Below, piece by piece: positions 13,506-25,334 of a stretch of DNA of 64,000 nucleotides (the first letter of the stretch is position 1; every line of letters begins with the position of its first letter). Below the pieces are notes generated by a model. It did not search any database. It worked only from the letters and a program-made list of their open reading frames with translations, and was not told the origin of the DNA. The stretch is from Eledone cirrhosa. Taxonomy: Eukaryota. Location of the stretch: NCBI GenBank assembly GCA_964016885.1, contig OZ024749.1, forward strand, positions 9,982,001-10,046,000. The letters are read 5' to 3'. A program made the position numbers and the translations under genes.

Positions 13506-13576
13506 AGATAATATATAAGATCAAAAGATGGTTAAATGAGTTCCATGTATTTTATTGTACTACAATAAAACTCACC

Positions 13577-13613
<37 letters not shown>

Positions 13614-13620
<7 letters not shown>

Positions 13621-14083
13621 AAAATTGAAGAATAACATGGTCAGCTGTACAAAAAGGGTTTTATTTACAGTATTAACAATTGTTTCATTGAATAGGTATG
13701 TCTAAAGGCTGTTAATCACTCGAAGTTGTGTCACTCGACCTTAAATACAGTGTTTGCCTGATCAAATCATCGGAATACTCAGAGTATTCTGATGATTTGA
13801 TCAGTGACACAACTTCCAGTGATTAGCGGCCTTTAGACATACCTAATCAATGAAACAATTGTTAATACTGTAAATAAAACCCTTTTTGTACAGTTGACCA
13901 TGTTATTCTTCAATTTTTCACTATTATTACTCCAAGATTAACCTGCATAGGAATTCTTGTGAACTCGCTGCCTAACTGTGAAACCTCTTGTTGAGTCAAA
14001 CAAAGCCGTACATTGAAACTATCCATAGTACAGAATACTCACAAACTCTAACTGGATTACCTATAACAATAATTTGTTATCCC
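13614..14083. mobile_element. Fold-back element family A (Penelope-like pLTR remnant) inserted in (TA)n
   Basis: Arms 13614-13780 and 13782-13924 plus a unique 3' extension ending GTTATCCC; second copy at 25335-25811. Confidence 0.85.
13783..13869 (+). ncRNA. Type I hammerhead ribozyme motif
   Basis: Stem I AGTATT/AATACT; CTGATGA 13789-13795; stem II TTGATCAG/CTAATCAA; GAAAC 13852-13856; palindromic stem III AC-AATT-GT; predicted cleavage after GUU 13863. Confidence 0.75.
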
Positions 14084-14093
14084 ATATATATAT

Positions 14094-14622
14094 ATTAGGT
14101 TATGCAAGAAATGCTTAGGATTATCCTGAATGCAGTAATGGTTAATTACTACACTAGATAGAGTTGACGTACGGTGAGGGGTTACTCAACGAGTTATGGA
14201 AGAATAGTAGAAGAAACTCAGTTTCCGGAGTGTAGATAAAGAATGAATAATAACAGGTAGACATCATAAAAGGTAATTTATTCCTAGTGCTTACATTCTG
14301 CTCTGAGGAAACGGTAGAAGCAGCATTTGAAAATTGAGTTTCTACAAATAATTACCAATTTGCACATAGCATGACTAGGCTGTATAACTACTGTTGAAAC
14401 ATTTGTAAGTACTAGGAATAAATTACCTTTTTATGATGTCTACCTGTTATTATTCATTCTTTATCTACACTTCGGAATACAGAAGGATCAGAAACTGAGT
14501 TTCTTCAACTATTCTTCCATAACTCGTTGAGTAACCCCTCACCGTACGTCAACTCTATCTAGTGTAGTAATTAACCATTACTGCATTCAGGATAATCCTA
14601 AGCATTTCTTGCATAACCTAAT
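14094..14622. mobile_element. Fold-back element family B (Penelope-like) inserted in (TA)n
   Basis: Near-perfect arms of about 200 bp (14094-14295 and 14404-14622) with a 108-nt spacer. Confidence 0.88.
14299..14411 (+). ncRNA. Type I hammerhead ribozyme motif
   Basis: Stem I TGCT/AGTA; CTGAGGA 14303-14309; stem II AACGGTAG/CTACTGTT; GAAAC 14396-14400; stem III AC-ATTT-GT; predicted cleavage after GUA 14407. Confidence 0.75.
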
Positions 14623-14636
14623 ATATATATATATAT

Positions 14637-15015
14637 ACAGTATTGGTAGAGGGTCGGACGCCATGCTTTAAAGCATAGTTATGTCCCTTTACGGTCTGAG
14701 TTCAAATCCCGTCAAGGTTAACTTTGCCTTTCATCCTTACGGGGTCGATAAAGTAAAGTACCAGTAATGTACTGAGTAATTGCTGGCCTTGTGCCAAATG
14801 TAGAAACAATTATATATATATATACACATTATTATTGGCAGTATCGGTAGAGGGTTGGATTATGCTTTCCAGCATAGTTACGTCCCTTTACGATCTGAGT
14901 TCAAGTCCCGCCGAGGTTAACTTTGCCTTTCATCCTTACGGGGTCAATAAAATAAAGTACCAGTAATGTACTGGAATAATTGCTGGCCTTGTGCCAAAAA
15001 GTAGAAACGATTATT
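14637..15015 (+). mobile_element. Two tandem tRNA-derived SINE copies
   Basis: About 14637-14812 and 14836-15015, each with a GAGTTCAA(A/G)TCCCG B-box and TTTGCCTTTCATCCTTACGGGGTC core. Confidence 0.85.
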
Positions 15016-15122
15016 ACTGTGGTTTTAAAAAATACACTGGTCAGACTGTTAACTCTATTTGCTGTCAGCATTGTTTTCCATGTTTTGTTGTTTAATATGG
15101 CTGTTGTTGTTGTTATTTCCAG

Positions 15123-15264
15123 ACCAATGGAAGATATGGATGACATGTACCAAGATGCTGGATCAGACAGTGAAAACATGAATCAGGAAGAGAATTCTAG
15201 TGTTGCAGATACATTCCACAAACAGATGTCAGAAGAACGCAGGGCGAAGCTTCGAGAATTAGAG
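15123..15264 (+). CDS. U2SURP: U2SURP exon (start of cwf21 domain)
   Basis: tttccag|A...GAG|gtcagt; PMEDMDDMYQDAGSDSE...MSEERRAKLRELE. Confidence 0.92.
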
Positions 15265-15659
15265 GTCAGTGTGGGGCCGTTCTCTGGGTCACCCTCTTTA
15301 ATAGTGGTCGTGGTGGTGGTGAATGTAATGGAGTGCTGTAGTTGTAATGGTGGTGGTTGTGGGGTGGTTGTAAGAGTTCTGTTGTAGTAGTAGTAGTGGA
15401 TATAATGGAGTGCTGTAGTAGTAATGGTGGTGGGGTGGATGTAAGAGTTCTGTAGTAGTAGTAGTGAATGTAAGGGAGTGCTGTGATGTTGGGGCTGTTC
15501 TCAGAGTCACCCTCTTTAATAGTAGTAGTGGTGGTAGTTGTGATGTTGCTAGCTAAACGATCATGTATTTTGTGGTAGTGGTGGTGGTGTTACTTGTTAT
15601 TTAACCCCAGGTCATCACTGATAAGACTGGCCTATCATTAAAGGAGAGCCAGCTGGCTT

Positions 15660-17780
15660 TGTTATTTGCATGTGCCTCAATGGGGGTGTGAACACACTTT
15701 TGTACTGTTCATTCATTTCATTTGGGGATCCTCGGTTAACGAACCATCTTCATTGAAGAGTGGCCCAATCATGCAGTGTACCGAAGCAGTCTCTTTTGCA
15801 AATTTAAAGAAGGCCTTAGAGTTTGCTTTAATATTTTCTATGGCCCTGGTTTCTCTCTCTGCCCTTTCCTTTTCATGGTAAATTTTGAGTGCAGTTTCAA
15901 TTTCAAGTGGTGCACGTTTCAGATAGGATTCCTTCTTGTTTTTTTGTTGTGCATTTAACTGGTTCGAGAGCTTAGTTCTTCATCTCTTAAGGATTTTCCT
16001 GTCTCTGGGAATAAGATTTGTGTATCCGTTGGCCTTTTTCTCCAGGACAAACTTATGGCATATAATTTGTATTGTTGCCATGAAATGTTGAAAATGTGTG
16101 TTGGTGTCTTGTGTGGTCATGTTGTCGCTCCATTTGTGCTTCCAGATCTCTTTCTTGATCTTTTTCCAGTTAGCCTTGTGAAAGTTAAGGCTGGATAAGT
16201 TCCTGGTGCTTCTTAATGGTTCCGTCTCTGTTGACTCTCTCAGACCACATATTATTAGTTCTACTAAGTTATGATCTGAGAAAATTGTTGGTGTCACCTT
16301 TACATTGTGGATGAGCACTTCGTTGTTTGTAAAACAGGTCCAGGACATTTCGCCTCTTGTTGGGAGGAGTTCTGCTTATTCCATGAAAAGCCTGTGTGTG
16401 AGGGCCAGCAGGGACTCCGTCTGTCTCTGTGATGTCATTCCAGGGAGGAAGTGGCCCTTAGGCCATTTGACCTTTGGTAGGTTAAAGTCTCCCAGCAGCA
16501 GAATGTTGAGACCCTGGTCCAGTTTGTCAAGGACTTCTTCCATCCTTCTAAGGCTATCCTCAAATTTACTCTCATGACTAAGGGCATCGGGTGGCCGATA
16601 TGTGACACATATTACTGTTTTTAGTTGCTTCATATGTACTATCAGTGTGTCACAGACTGAGTTTGAATGTGTCAACAGTACAATTGTTGTGACATCTTTA
16701 CGGATATACAGAGCAACCCCACCATGAGTTCTCTTCTTCCTGTCTGAACGAAATACATATATTGGTATATGTATTTCCACATCTGCTCTACTGCTTGTCA
16801 GGTGCATTTCAGTTAGAGCCATGCATATTGCTTGATTACTTATGGCTAAGTCTCTCAGGTAGGGAATTTTACTCATGTTAGTGAGTTTCACCAGACCTCT
16901 GACATTCAACAGCAGCACTGGTGTGATATTTGGGGTGTCAGCAACGGCTGTCAGTGTGGCACCTAAGTCCCTTGATTGTGGGGGTCTCGAGTGCTGGTGT
17001 GAGTGACCCTGGCTCTGAAAACGATGCAGCCAGATCAGTTGTCCCACAATTCTCGCCACCATCGCTAAAAACTTCTTCCGCTCTGCTGTCGCTGTCTGTA
17101 TCTCATCTGTATATCCATGCTTTCTCCTCTTTGTTGGGGTAGTACGCGTGATATCAGCATGCTTCTGGGGCAGCTTGCATTGGTTCTGGTTTTGGCTGGA
17201 GCATTTTATATGAGCAGGTGGGGTGAGCGAACTTACAGTCTGTCCCTGTTTCTCCATGCCAGCAGGTCCCGTATCAGAAGAACTTATGTTACCTGTGTTT
17301 TCTCCCAGTGTTTCAGTGCCTTCTGTTCTTCCTTTGGACAGTTGTCCACTGGTCCCTTTCTGCTTGGTTGTTTTCCTTTAGATGGTGATTTCACATCTCA
17401 CCTTTACCACTTACCTGTTGTTTGCCCGGCCTGCTTTCTTTGACTGTGATGGCAGGAATCTCATTTGCAATTATTTTCAGGTCCTTCTGGGTCTCCATAG
17501 ACCCTTTGCAGTCAGTGTTTGTGTTTTCTTCCTTTTCTTTCTCATTCTCTCTTTTTCTTCCTTGAGGACACAGCTTAATATGGCCATGTGTGGCACTCTG
17601 AGGACATAGGCCCTCTCAATTTCTCTTCTTTTCCTCTCTATTTGCGCTAAAGTCCTCAGAAAACCTCCTCTTCAAAGTCTCCGCAATTATTTTGGTTGCG
17701 GAGACCCATCAGCCAGGCTCCATCCTTTGATCAACACCTCCAGTTCTATTTTTGTCCAATTTCGTTGGCTTTTAATTGCA
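15660..17780 (-). mobile_element. CR1/L2-group LINE fragment (5' region plus APE endonuclease, no RT)
   Basis: LLLNVRGL...LTEMHL...RSDRK...GGVALYIR...YRPPD...LLGDFNLP...SDHNLV...NFHKANW; frameshifted. Confidence 0.85.
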
Positions 17781-18704
17781 TTTCCTCCCTGCATGCAGTC
17801 CATTTCACTGTAGAGGGGGAGAGAGAGAGATAGCAGGAAGGGGAGGGAAAGGGTTAAAGAGAGAGAGAGTGGTATGGGTAGGGAGAAGGTTAAAGTGAGG
17901 GAGAGAGGGAGAAATCCCATGAGAAATTCAAGGAGTGATTGAGAGGGAAAGAGAGAGAGAGAGAGAGAGAGCTTGTGCGATCCAGGGAGAGAGAGAGAAA
18001 GAAAGAAAGAAAGACAGAGATAGAAGTGAAAGAGACAGCGGAGAGAGAGGATTATGCCGTGGCTTGAACAAACGTTAATTATAATTATTATAATATTAAA
18101 TATTATTCGAGAAATCTCGGAAAAACCATGTTCACAAGTAAAATAAATATAAATAAGCAAAAACAAAATGAAAACAAATAACAATATAAATATAAAATAT
18201 ATAATGAGATAAAATAAATTAGATAAGTTAAATAGAAACATGCGGGCTCAAATAAATAAATAAGATAAGATATGATTTTAACTGGGTTGCAATCATTAGG
18301 TGCGTTGGTCTGTTTACAATATACTTTCAATTTAAAATATCAGGTAACATACATATAATGTATATTTAATAATAATTATTATTATTATAATATCAATAAA
18401 TAATATCATCATCATCATCATCATACGTCCGCTTTTCCCTGCTTGCAAGGGTATATATACTGAAACTGGCCAAAACACGATCAGCCATGAGTACCTTTTA
18501 CCACATTTGTCAGTTGGAATAATGGACAATTTAAGGAGGAAAATTTACAATTTAAGTCAAAGTAGAGAATTTCTGAAACTATTATAGACTTTATTGCATT
18601 TTGTGGTGGAGGTCGGAGGTCTTACAATTTTGTTTCTGTTTGTTTGTTTTTTAATGCCCCCCAAAACACCATGTGTGACCTCTTCTGTATTTATGTTCCT
18701 GCAG

Positions 18705-18824
18705 GTAAAGGTAATCAAATACCACGATGATTTAGAACTTGGCCGGCGAACACGCAAGGAAGGGATGTCACTTCAGGAACAAGTCCAGTATTATAGGAAA
18801 AAATTAATTCACAAGGTGATGAAG
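18705..18824 (+). CDS. U2SURP: U2SURP exon (cwf21 domain); alternative in-frame donor at 18815
   Basis: cctgcag|GTA...AAG|gtaagt; VKVIKYHDDLELGRRTRKEGMSLQEQVQYYRKKLIHK(VMK). Confidence 0.9.
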
Positions 18825-18864
18825 GTAAGTTGTGGTTAAATTAATTGACAAGGTGATGAAGGTG

Positions 18865-19188
18865 TATGTATGGTCCCGTAACTCCTGATAGAGTTGTAGG
18901 GGCGACATAATGACATACAGCGTTTCTTGGGTATTTTAAGCCTGGCAGAGCCCATCCCTCTGCAGGCCTGAGTACAGCAGATTTCTTGCAGAGAAAGATA
19001 GAAAGTGAGAAAGAGATATAGAGGAAGAATCAACCCCAGTACTAGACTGGTACTTTTTTATTGACCTCGAAAGGATGAAAGGTAAAGTTGACCTTGGCAA
19101 GATTTGAACTCCGAGAGCAGAGAGTGGGAACGAATACCTTAAAGCATTCTATCCACCGTTCTAACGACTCTGCCAATTCGGCACCTAT
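18865..19188 (-). mobile_element. tRNA-SINE with long 3' extension, flanked by an 8-bp TSD
   Basis: TGAAGGTG at 18857-18864 and 19189-19196; B-box (GATTTGAACTC on + strand). Confidence 0.8.
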
Positions 19189-20632
19189 TGAAGGTGAGAT
19201 ATGGTTAAATTAATTGACAAGGTGATTAAGATAAGCTGTGGTTAAATTGACAAGGTGATTAAGATAAGCTGTGGTTAAATTGACAAGGTGATTAAGATAA
19301 GCTGTGGTTAAATTGACAAGGTGATTAAGATAAGCTGTGGTTAAATTGACAAGGTGATTAAGATAAGCTGTGGTTAAATTGACAAGGTGATTAAGATAAG
19401 CTGTGGTTAAATTGACAAGGTGATTAAGATAAGCTGTGGTTAAATCAATTGACAAAGTGATTAAGATAAGCTGTGGTTAAATCAATTGACAAGGTGATTA
19501 AGATAAGCTATGGTTAAATTGACATGGTGATTAAGATAAGCTGTGGTTAAATCAATTGACAAAGAGATTAAGATAAGCTGTGGTTAAATCAATTGACAAA
19601 GTGATTAAGATAAGCTGTGGTTAAATCAATTGACAATGTGATTAAAATAAGCTGTGGTTAAATCAATTGACAAGGTGATTAAGATAAGCTATGGTTAAAT
19701 TGACATGGTGATTAAGATAAGCTGTGGTTAAATCAATTGACAAAGTGATTAAGATAAGCTGTGGTTAAATCAATTGACAAAGTGATTAAGATAAGCTGTG
19801 GTTAAATCAATTGACATGGTGATTAAGATAAGCTGTGGTTAAATCAATTGACAAAGTGATTAAGATAAGCTGTGGTTAAATCAATTGACAATGTGATTAA
19901 GATAAGCTGTGGTTAAATCAATTGACAATGTGATTAAAATAAGCTGTGGTTAAATCAATTGACAAAGTGATTAAGATAAGCTGTGGTTAAATCAATTGAC
20001 AATGTGATTAAAATAAGCTGTGGTTAAATCAATTGACAATGTGATTAAAATAAGCTGTGGTTAAATCAATTGACAAGGTGATTAAGATAAGCTGTGGTTA
20101 AATCAATTGACAATGTGATTAAGATAAGCTGTGGTTAAATTGACATGGTGATTAAGATAAGCTGTGGTTAAATCAATTGACAAAGTGATTAAGATAAGCT
20201 GTGGTTAAATCAATTGACAAAGTGATTAAGATAAGCTGTGGTTAAATTGACAAGGTGATTAAGATAAGCTGTGGTTAAATTGACAAGGTGATTAAGATAA
20301 GCTGTGGTTAAATTGACAAGGTGATTAAGATAAGCTGTGGTTAAATTGACAAGGTGATTAAGATAAGCTGTGGTTAAATCAATTGACAAGGTGATTAAAA
20401 TAAGCTGTGGTTAAATCAATTGACAAGGTGATTAAGATAAGCTGTGGTTAAATCAATTGACAAGGTGATTAAGATAAGCTGTGGTTAAATCAATTGACAA
20501 TGTGATTAAGATAAGCTGTGGTTAAATCAATTGACAAAGTGATTAAGATAAGCTGTGGTTAAATCAATTGACAATGTGATTAAGATAAGCTGTGGTTAAA
20601 TTGACATGGTGATTAAGATAAGCTGTGGTTAG
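19189..20632 (+). repeat. 33/37-bp minisatellite, about 40 copies
   Basis: Unit (TCAA)TTGACAAGGTGATTAAGATAAGCTGTGGTTAAA. Confidence 0.97.
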
Positions 20633-20857
20633 ATTGCAGTATCATGTGCAACTTTCTTCATATTCTAGTCATAATTATCATCATCATGTCCATTTTTCCA
20701 CGCTTGCATGGGTTAGACAGGTTGTCATGAGTTAAGTCATGGTCCAGAAACCCCATCGTGCTTATATTTTGGCTTGGTGACTATAGCTGTATGCCCTTCC
20801 TAATGCCCAATCTGGACTGGGAGCTTTTTATCGTGGCACCAAAACAACTACCTTACA

Positions 20858-21135
20858 TGGTATGGTTCCATAACTTCTGATAGAGTTGTAGGAGCACCAT
20901 ATTGACATACAGCGTTTCTTGGGCATTTAATTCTTGGCAGAGCCTATCCCTCTCCAGGCCTGCGTATAGCAGATTTCTTCCAGAGGAAGGAAGAATCTAC
21001 CCCAGTACTAGACTAGTAATTTTTTTATCGACCTTGAAAGGATGAAAGCTAAGTTGACCTCGGCAGGATTTGAACTCAGAGAGCAGAGAACCACAAAGCA
21101 TTCTATCTGACATTCTAATGACTCTGCCAATTCAC
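20858..21135 (-). mobile_element. tRNA-SINE with long 3' extension
   Basis: Close homolog of 18865-19188. Confidence 0.8.
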
Positions 21136-21315
21136 TGAATATATAATACATATATCAAATCTACAAGCCAGCGAAGGAGTCTCTGTGTGTTTGCTCTCTC
21201 TGCTAGCCAAATAGATCTCAAATCACAGTTTTAACCCCTTTCATTCTAACAAAATAAAATAAAATGCTATATTTTTTTTTACTTTAATTTTTGTATTCTT
21301 TGTTGTTTTTTGCAG

Positions 21316-21425
21316 GGTATGACAGATACAGCCAGCCCTTCTCGAAGTAAAAGCAAACGATCCTTCTCTCCTTCATCTCACCGATCCAGGTCATCCAGTC
21401 CAAAAAAATCCAAACGCTCAAAAAG
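21316..21425 (+). CDS. U2SURP: U2SURP exon (RS-rich tail)
   Basis: tttgcag|GGT...AAAAG|gttatt; GMTDTASPSRSKSKRSFSPSSHRSRSSSPKKSKRSK. Confidence 0.85.
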
Positions 21426-21605
21426 GTTATTTGCCATTTCAATGTTTCCTTTGCAACGACATAGTTTCAGGTTCTCCCTGAGTAGCACCTTGGGCAAGTT
21501 CCTTCTACTACTACTATAGCCACAGGCTGACCCTTAAATATAGTAGATAGAAACTGTCCAGAAGCCTGTTATGTGTGTGTGTGTATATATATATGTGTGT
21601 GTGTG

Positions 21606-24600
21606 ATCATCATCATCATTTTACGTCCGCTTTTCCCTGCTTGCAAGGGTGGGATGGGTCTTATTCACTACAGCATCTCTCCACTTGTCACGGTTGCTTT
21701 GTCATCTCCACCGTGAGCTTCAGCGATCTGAGGTCTGTTCTCACCACATCCGCCCATGTTTTTTGTGGTCTTCCTTCAACTGGCATTTCTTAGCACTTCT
21801 TCACTCATCGGTCATCCTCCATGCGCATCACATGTCCATACCATCACAGTCTCCTCTCCCGCACACAACAATTTATCCATCTCAACACATCTAACAGAGC
21901 ATGCTTGCCTCATTTCTCTCTAGCCGTCGCAAATCCTCTGCAGTTGCTGCCCATGTCTCATTACCTTGCAGCATCGCGCTCCTCACACAGGCATCATATA
22001 ACCGGCCTTTTGTACACAGGGAGAAACCTTTCTTTTGTCAACAGAGGAAGCAGCTCCCTAAACTTCTTCCAACCCGTTATTCTAGATACTATGGCATCGG
22101 AACACGCTCCTCCCATGCTAATCTGATCACCTAGGTACCGGAAGCTATCAACCACTTCTATAGCACCCACCTGCATTTGAAAAATGTGTCTATCAATGCG
22201 ACTTCTACTGTCTAATTTCCCTGTACATCTACTGCATACATATTTCTCCCTACCTGTTAGTTTGCCTGCTTTCCCACTACATCTCTTGTGTACCCAAGAT
22301 CTGCATTGTGTACATTTTATAGAATTTATGCCAGTTCCTTTTCTGCATATCGAACATGGCCATTTCCCTGGCGGAATCAGAGTTTTGTCCTCCTTTCTAC
22401 TCATCAACATTTTTGTCTTAGCTAGGTTCACTCTGTCCTCTTGCTTCCAACTGCTTTTTCATAGCAAGAATCTATTCTCCAGCTCCTCTACTGATTCTGC
22501 TATAAGAACCAGATCGTCAGCATAGAGAAGTTCCCATGGACAGCCAGTCTTAAACTCCTCTGTTATGGCTTGGAGGACTATAATGAACACGAGCGGGCTG
22601 AGGACCGAACCCTGATGTACTCCTACTTGTATCTGGAATTCCTCACTAAACTCCATTCCTACTCTCACTTTACTGACAGCACCTCTGTACAAAGCTTGCA
22701 CTGTCCTCACAAGCCATTCCTCAACACCCAGCTTCCTTAGGGACTACCAGATGACAGATCGGGGTACCCTATCAAAGGCCTACTCTAAGAACCTCTCTTG
22801 TAATTGTCTCACTAAGAAGAGGGCATCTGTTGTACTTTTCCCAGGTACAAAACCAAACTGCATCTCATCTAGTTTGACCCTTTCTCTAATTAGTTGCGCT
22901 AATATCCTTTCTGCCACTTTCATGGCCTGATCCATCAGTTTTATGCCGCTATAATTGCTCCTCTCCAGAGCATCCCCTTTACCTTTGTAGCAATTTATGA
23001 GAATACTGCTGCACCAGTCTTTGGGTATGACACCACCATAAATAGCCTGATTGATGATGCGTGCAACCAGTTTAGTGCCCACGTCCCCTGACGCCTTCAG
23101 CATCTCAGCAACTATCCCCGACAGTCCAGCGGCCTTACCATTTTTCATTTCCTTAATCACCTCTTGGACCCTATATTCGTCAATCTCAATAGCTGGTCCC
23201 TCTGTCGGATCTACTGGGGGTAATTTCCCTCTCTCCCATTCGTTCTCCACATTCATCAGTCTCTCATAATGACATTTCCAGGCCTCCTTTTTCTGATCAT
23301 TCGTGACACTAAGTACACCGGCATCATTCCGGACATATTTATCTCCAACAATATCCTGATTTCACTGACACACTGCCTTGCAATGCGGAACACCGCATGT
23401 CTCTGATCTTCCTGTCGCAGAACATTGGCAAACCTCCTACTCTCAGCCTCCCTGCGTGCTAAGTACACTTGACGTCTAGCTTCTCTCTTAGCGGCTGTAT
23501 ATCCTTCCCTACTCCCACCCTTTTTCCAAGCCTTCCATGCTAGTCTTTTGTCTCTAATGGCCCTATCTACCATGTTGTTCCACCACCAGGTCACTCTCTG
23601 TCTGGTTGGAGCTCTGCTCCAGCCACAAGTTTCTTCAGTAGCCTGCAGTAAGTTGTCACGTAAGAAATTCCAGTTATCATCTAAGTCATACGACTCTAAA
23701 TTGTCTTCTTTTTCGTCATACACATCTTAAAGAGCTTTCCTAAATTTGTATTTTAGTGAAAGGTCTTTTAACTTCCAGACCTTTCTTCTCCACACCTTCC
23801 TGTATGTCTCATTCCGTCTCTTGTTTACTGTGATATTACTAACAACTAACCTATACTGTGGGGAACATTCTTCCCCGGGGTATGCATTGGTATTAGACAC
23901 TACCTGCCTGTCCCGCTGCCTAACTAGTAAGAAGTCAATCTGGCTTATGTGCCCGCCAGATTTGTAGGTTATTAGGTGGTTGGCAGGTTTCTGGAAGTTA
24001 GTGTTGCAAATGGTTAGTGCACTTGCATTACAAAATTCAAGAAGTCTCACTCCTTCTTCATTTCTTGAGCCGTAACCATGCCCACCATGTACCCCAGTGT
24101 AACAATCCTGGAGCGAGTCCCCTGTTAGCATAACGATGTCTCCGTCCTCTGTCATTGCAACTGTTTGTGAAAGTTGCTCGTAAAAGCCGTCTTTCTCTTC
24201 TTTACCTAGGCCTGCCTGGGGAGCATAGGCAGAGATGATTGTCAGTAGTCTCTTGCCTACAACTAATCTAAGCTTAATTATTCTATTACTAACTCTAACT
24301 ACCTCTATTGTCTTATTGATCCATCTCTCAGCCAGGAAAATGCCTACTCCTCCTAACCCATCATCATTACACACCCAGAAAAGCTTATAACTAAGATGTT
24401 TGCCTGAGATTAGTCTCGCAGAGGCACCTCTCCATGTCACCTCTTGCATGCAGCACACATCCACATGCCTTCTCTCCAACATTTCCACTATTTTACCAGA
24501 TCTACCTGTGAGAGTGCCAACATTAAGTGTTGCAACTCTGAGATACGACGTCTTCATATTCTTGTTCCTTTTCCTGTTCCTGTTGTGTGATTGCTTGATG

Positions 24601-25015
24601 ATGGTTGGGGGTTTCTCGCACATGGCCTCACCAGCCACCCCACTACCATGTGCAGCCCTAACATGGTTAGTGTTATTGCTGTTGACGTAGTTGTTGCAAT
24701 TCTTATTTGTTGTGCTCATAATTTTGGCATTTATTATACTGGTTGGATGCCCTTCCTAACACCAGCACCACTTTACAGCATGGACTGGGTGCTTTTATTC
24801 GTACCACCAGCACTAGAGAGGTTGTCTTACTGGACTTCAGGGGCCCTAACTACCCCTCCATTTTTACAGCATGGACTGGGTGCTTTTATTCGTGCCACCA
24901 GCACTAGGGAAGTTGTCTTACTGGATTTAGGGGACTTCTCTACCCCGCACCTATTTATTCGGAGAGGTAGCTCTCCTAGACGGGTAGCCTCCATCTGGCC
25001 CTTGTCTGTTCTATG
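21606..25015 (-). mobile_element. Near full-length, disrupted RTE-clade LINE
   Basis: 5' UTR; APE ORF 23727-24719 (ATLNVGTL, CMQE, SAYAPQ, SQIDF); RT fragments (QFGF, GVHQGSVLSP, LLYADD, FRYLG); Cys-rich finger; (GAT)n tail; several frameshifts and stops. Confidence 0.95.
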
Positions 25016-25334
25016 ACATATTCACGAGGGAGTGGTTATCATACAGCGTCAGGCATGTATACTGAATGTGGTGGAGGTGGGGCGAGTGAGAAGTGAGAAC
25101 CGTAATGGCTGATACGTAGAATTTTTAACACAGTTTACATGTCACATACACACATATATATATATAAATATACAACTCTCTACAAATTATACAAACATGA
25201 ACAGCCATCTTTACGAAATGTGAGAACCATAATGGCTTTCACAATCGTACAAGCCGTTACACATACTATTTGAACATAATTTTGGAGATATAAAAATTAA
25301 CACCTATCTCTGTGTATAAATATATATATATATT

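Noticed and set aside
19210-19455. LTTAYLNHLVN repeat ORF
   Set aside because: Antisense translation of the 33-bp minisatellite
24900-25080. HDV-like ribozyme at the RTE 5' end
   Set aside because: Known for some RTEs, but I could not build the nested double pseudoknot by eye
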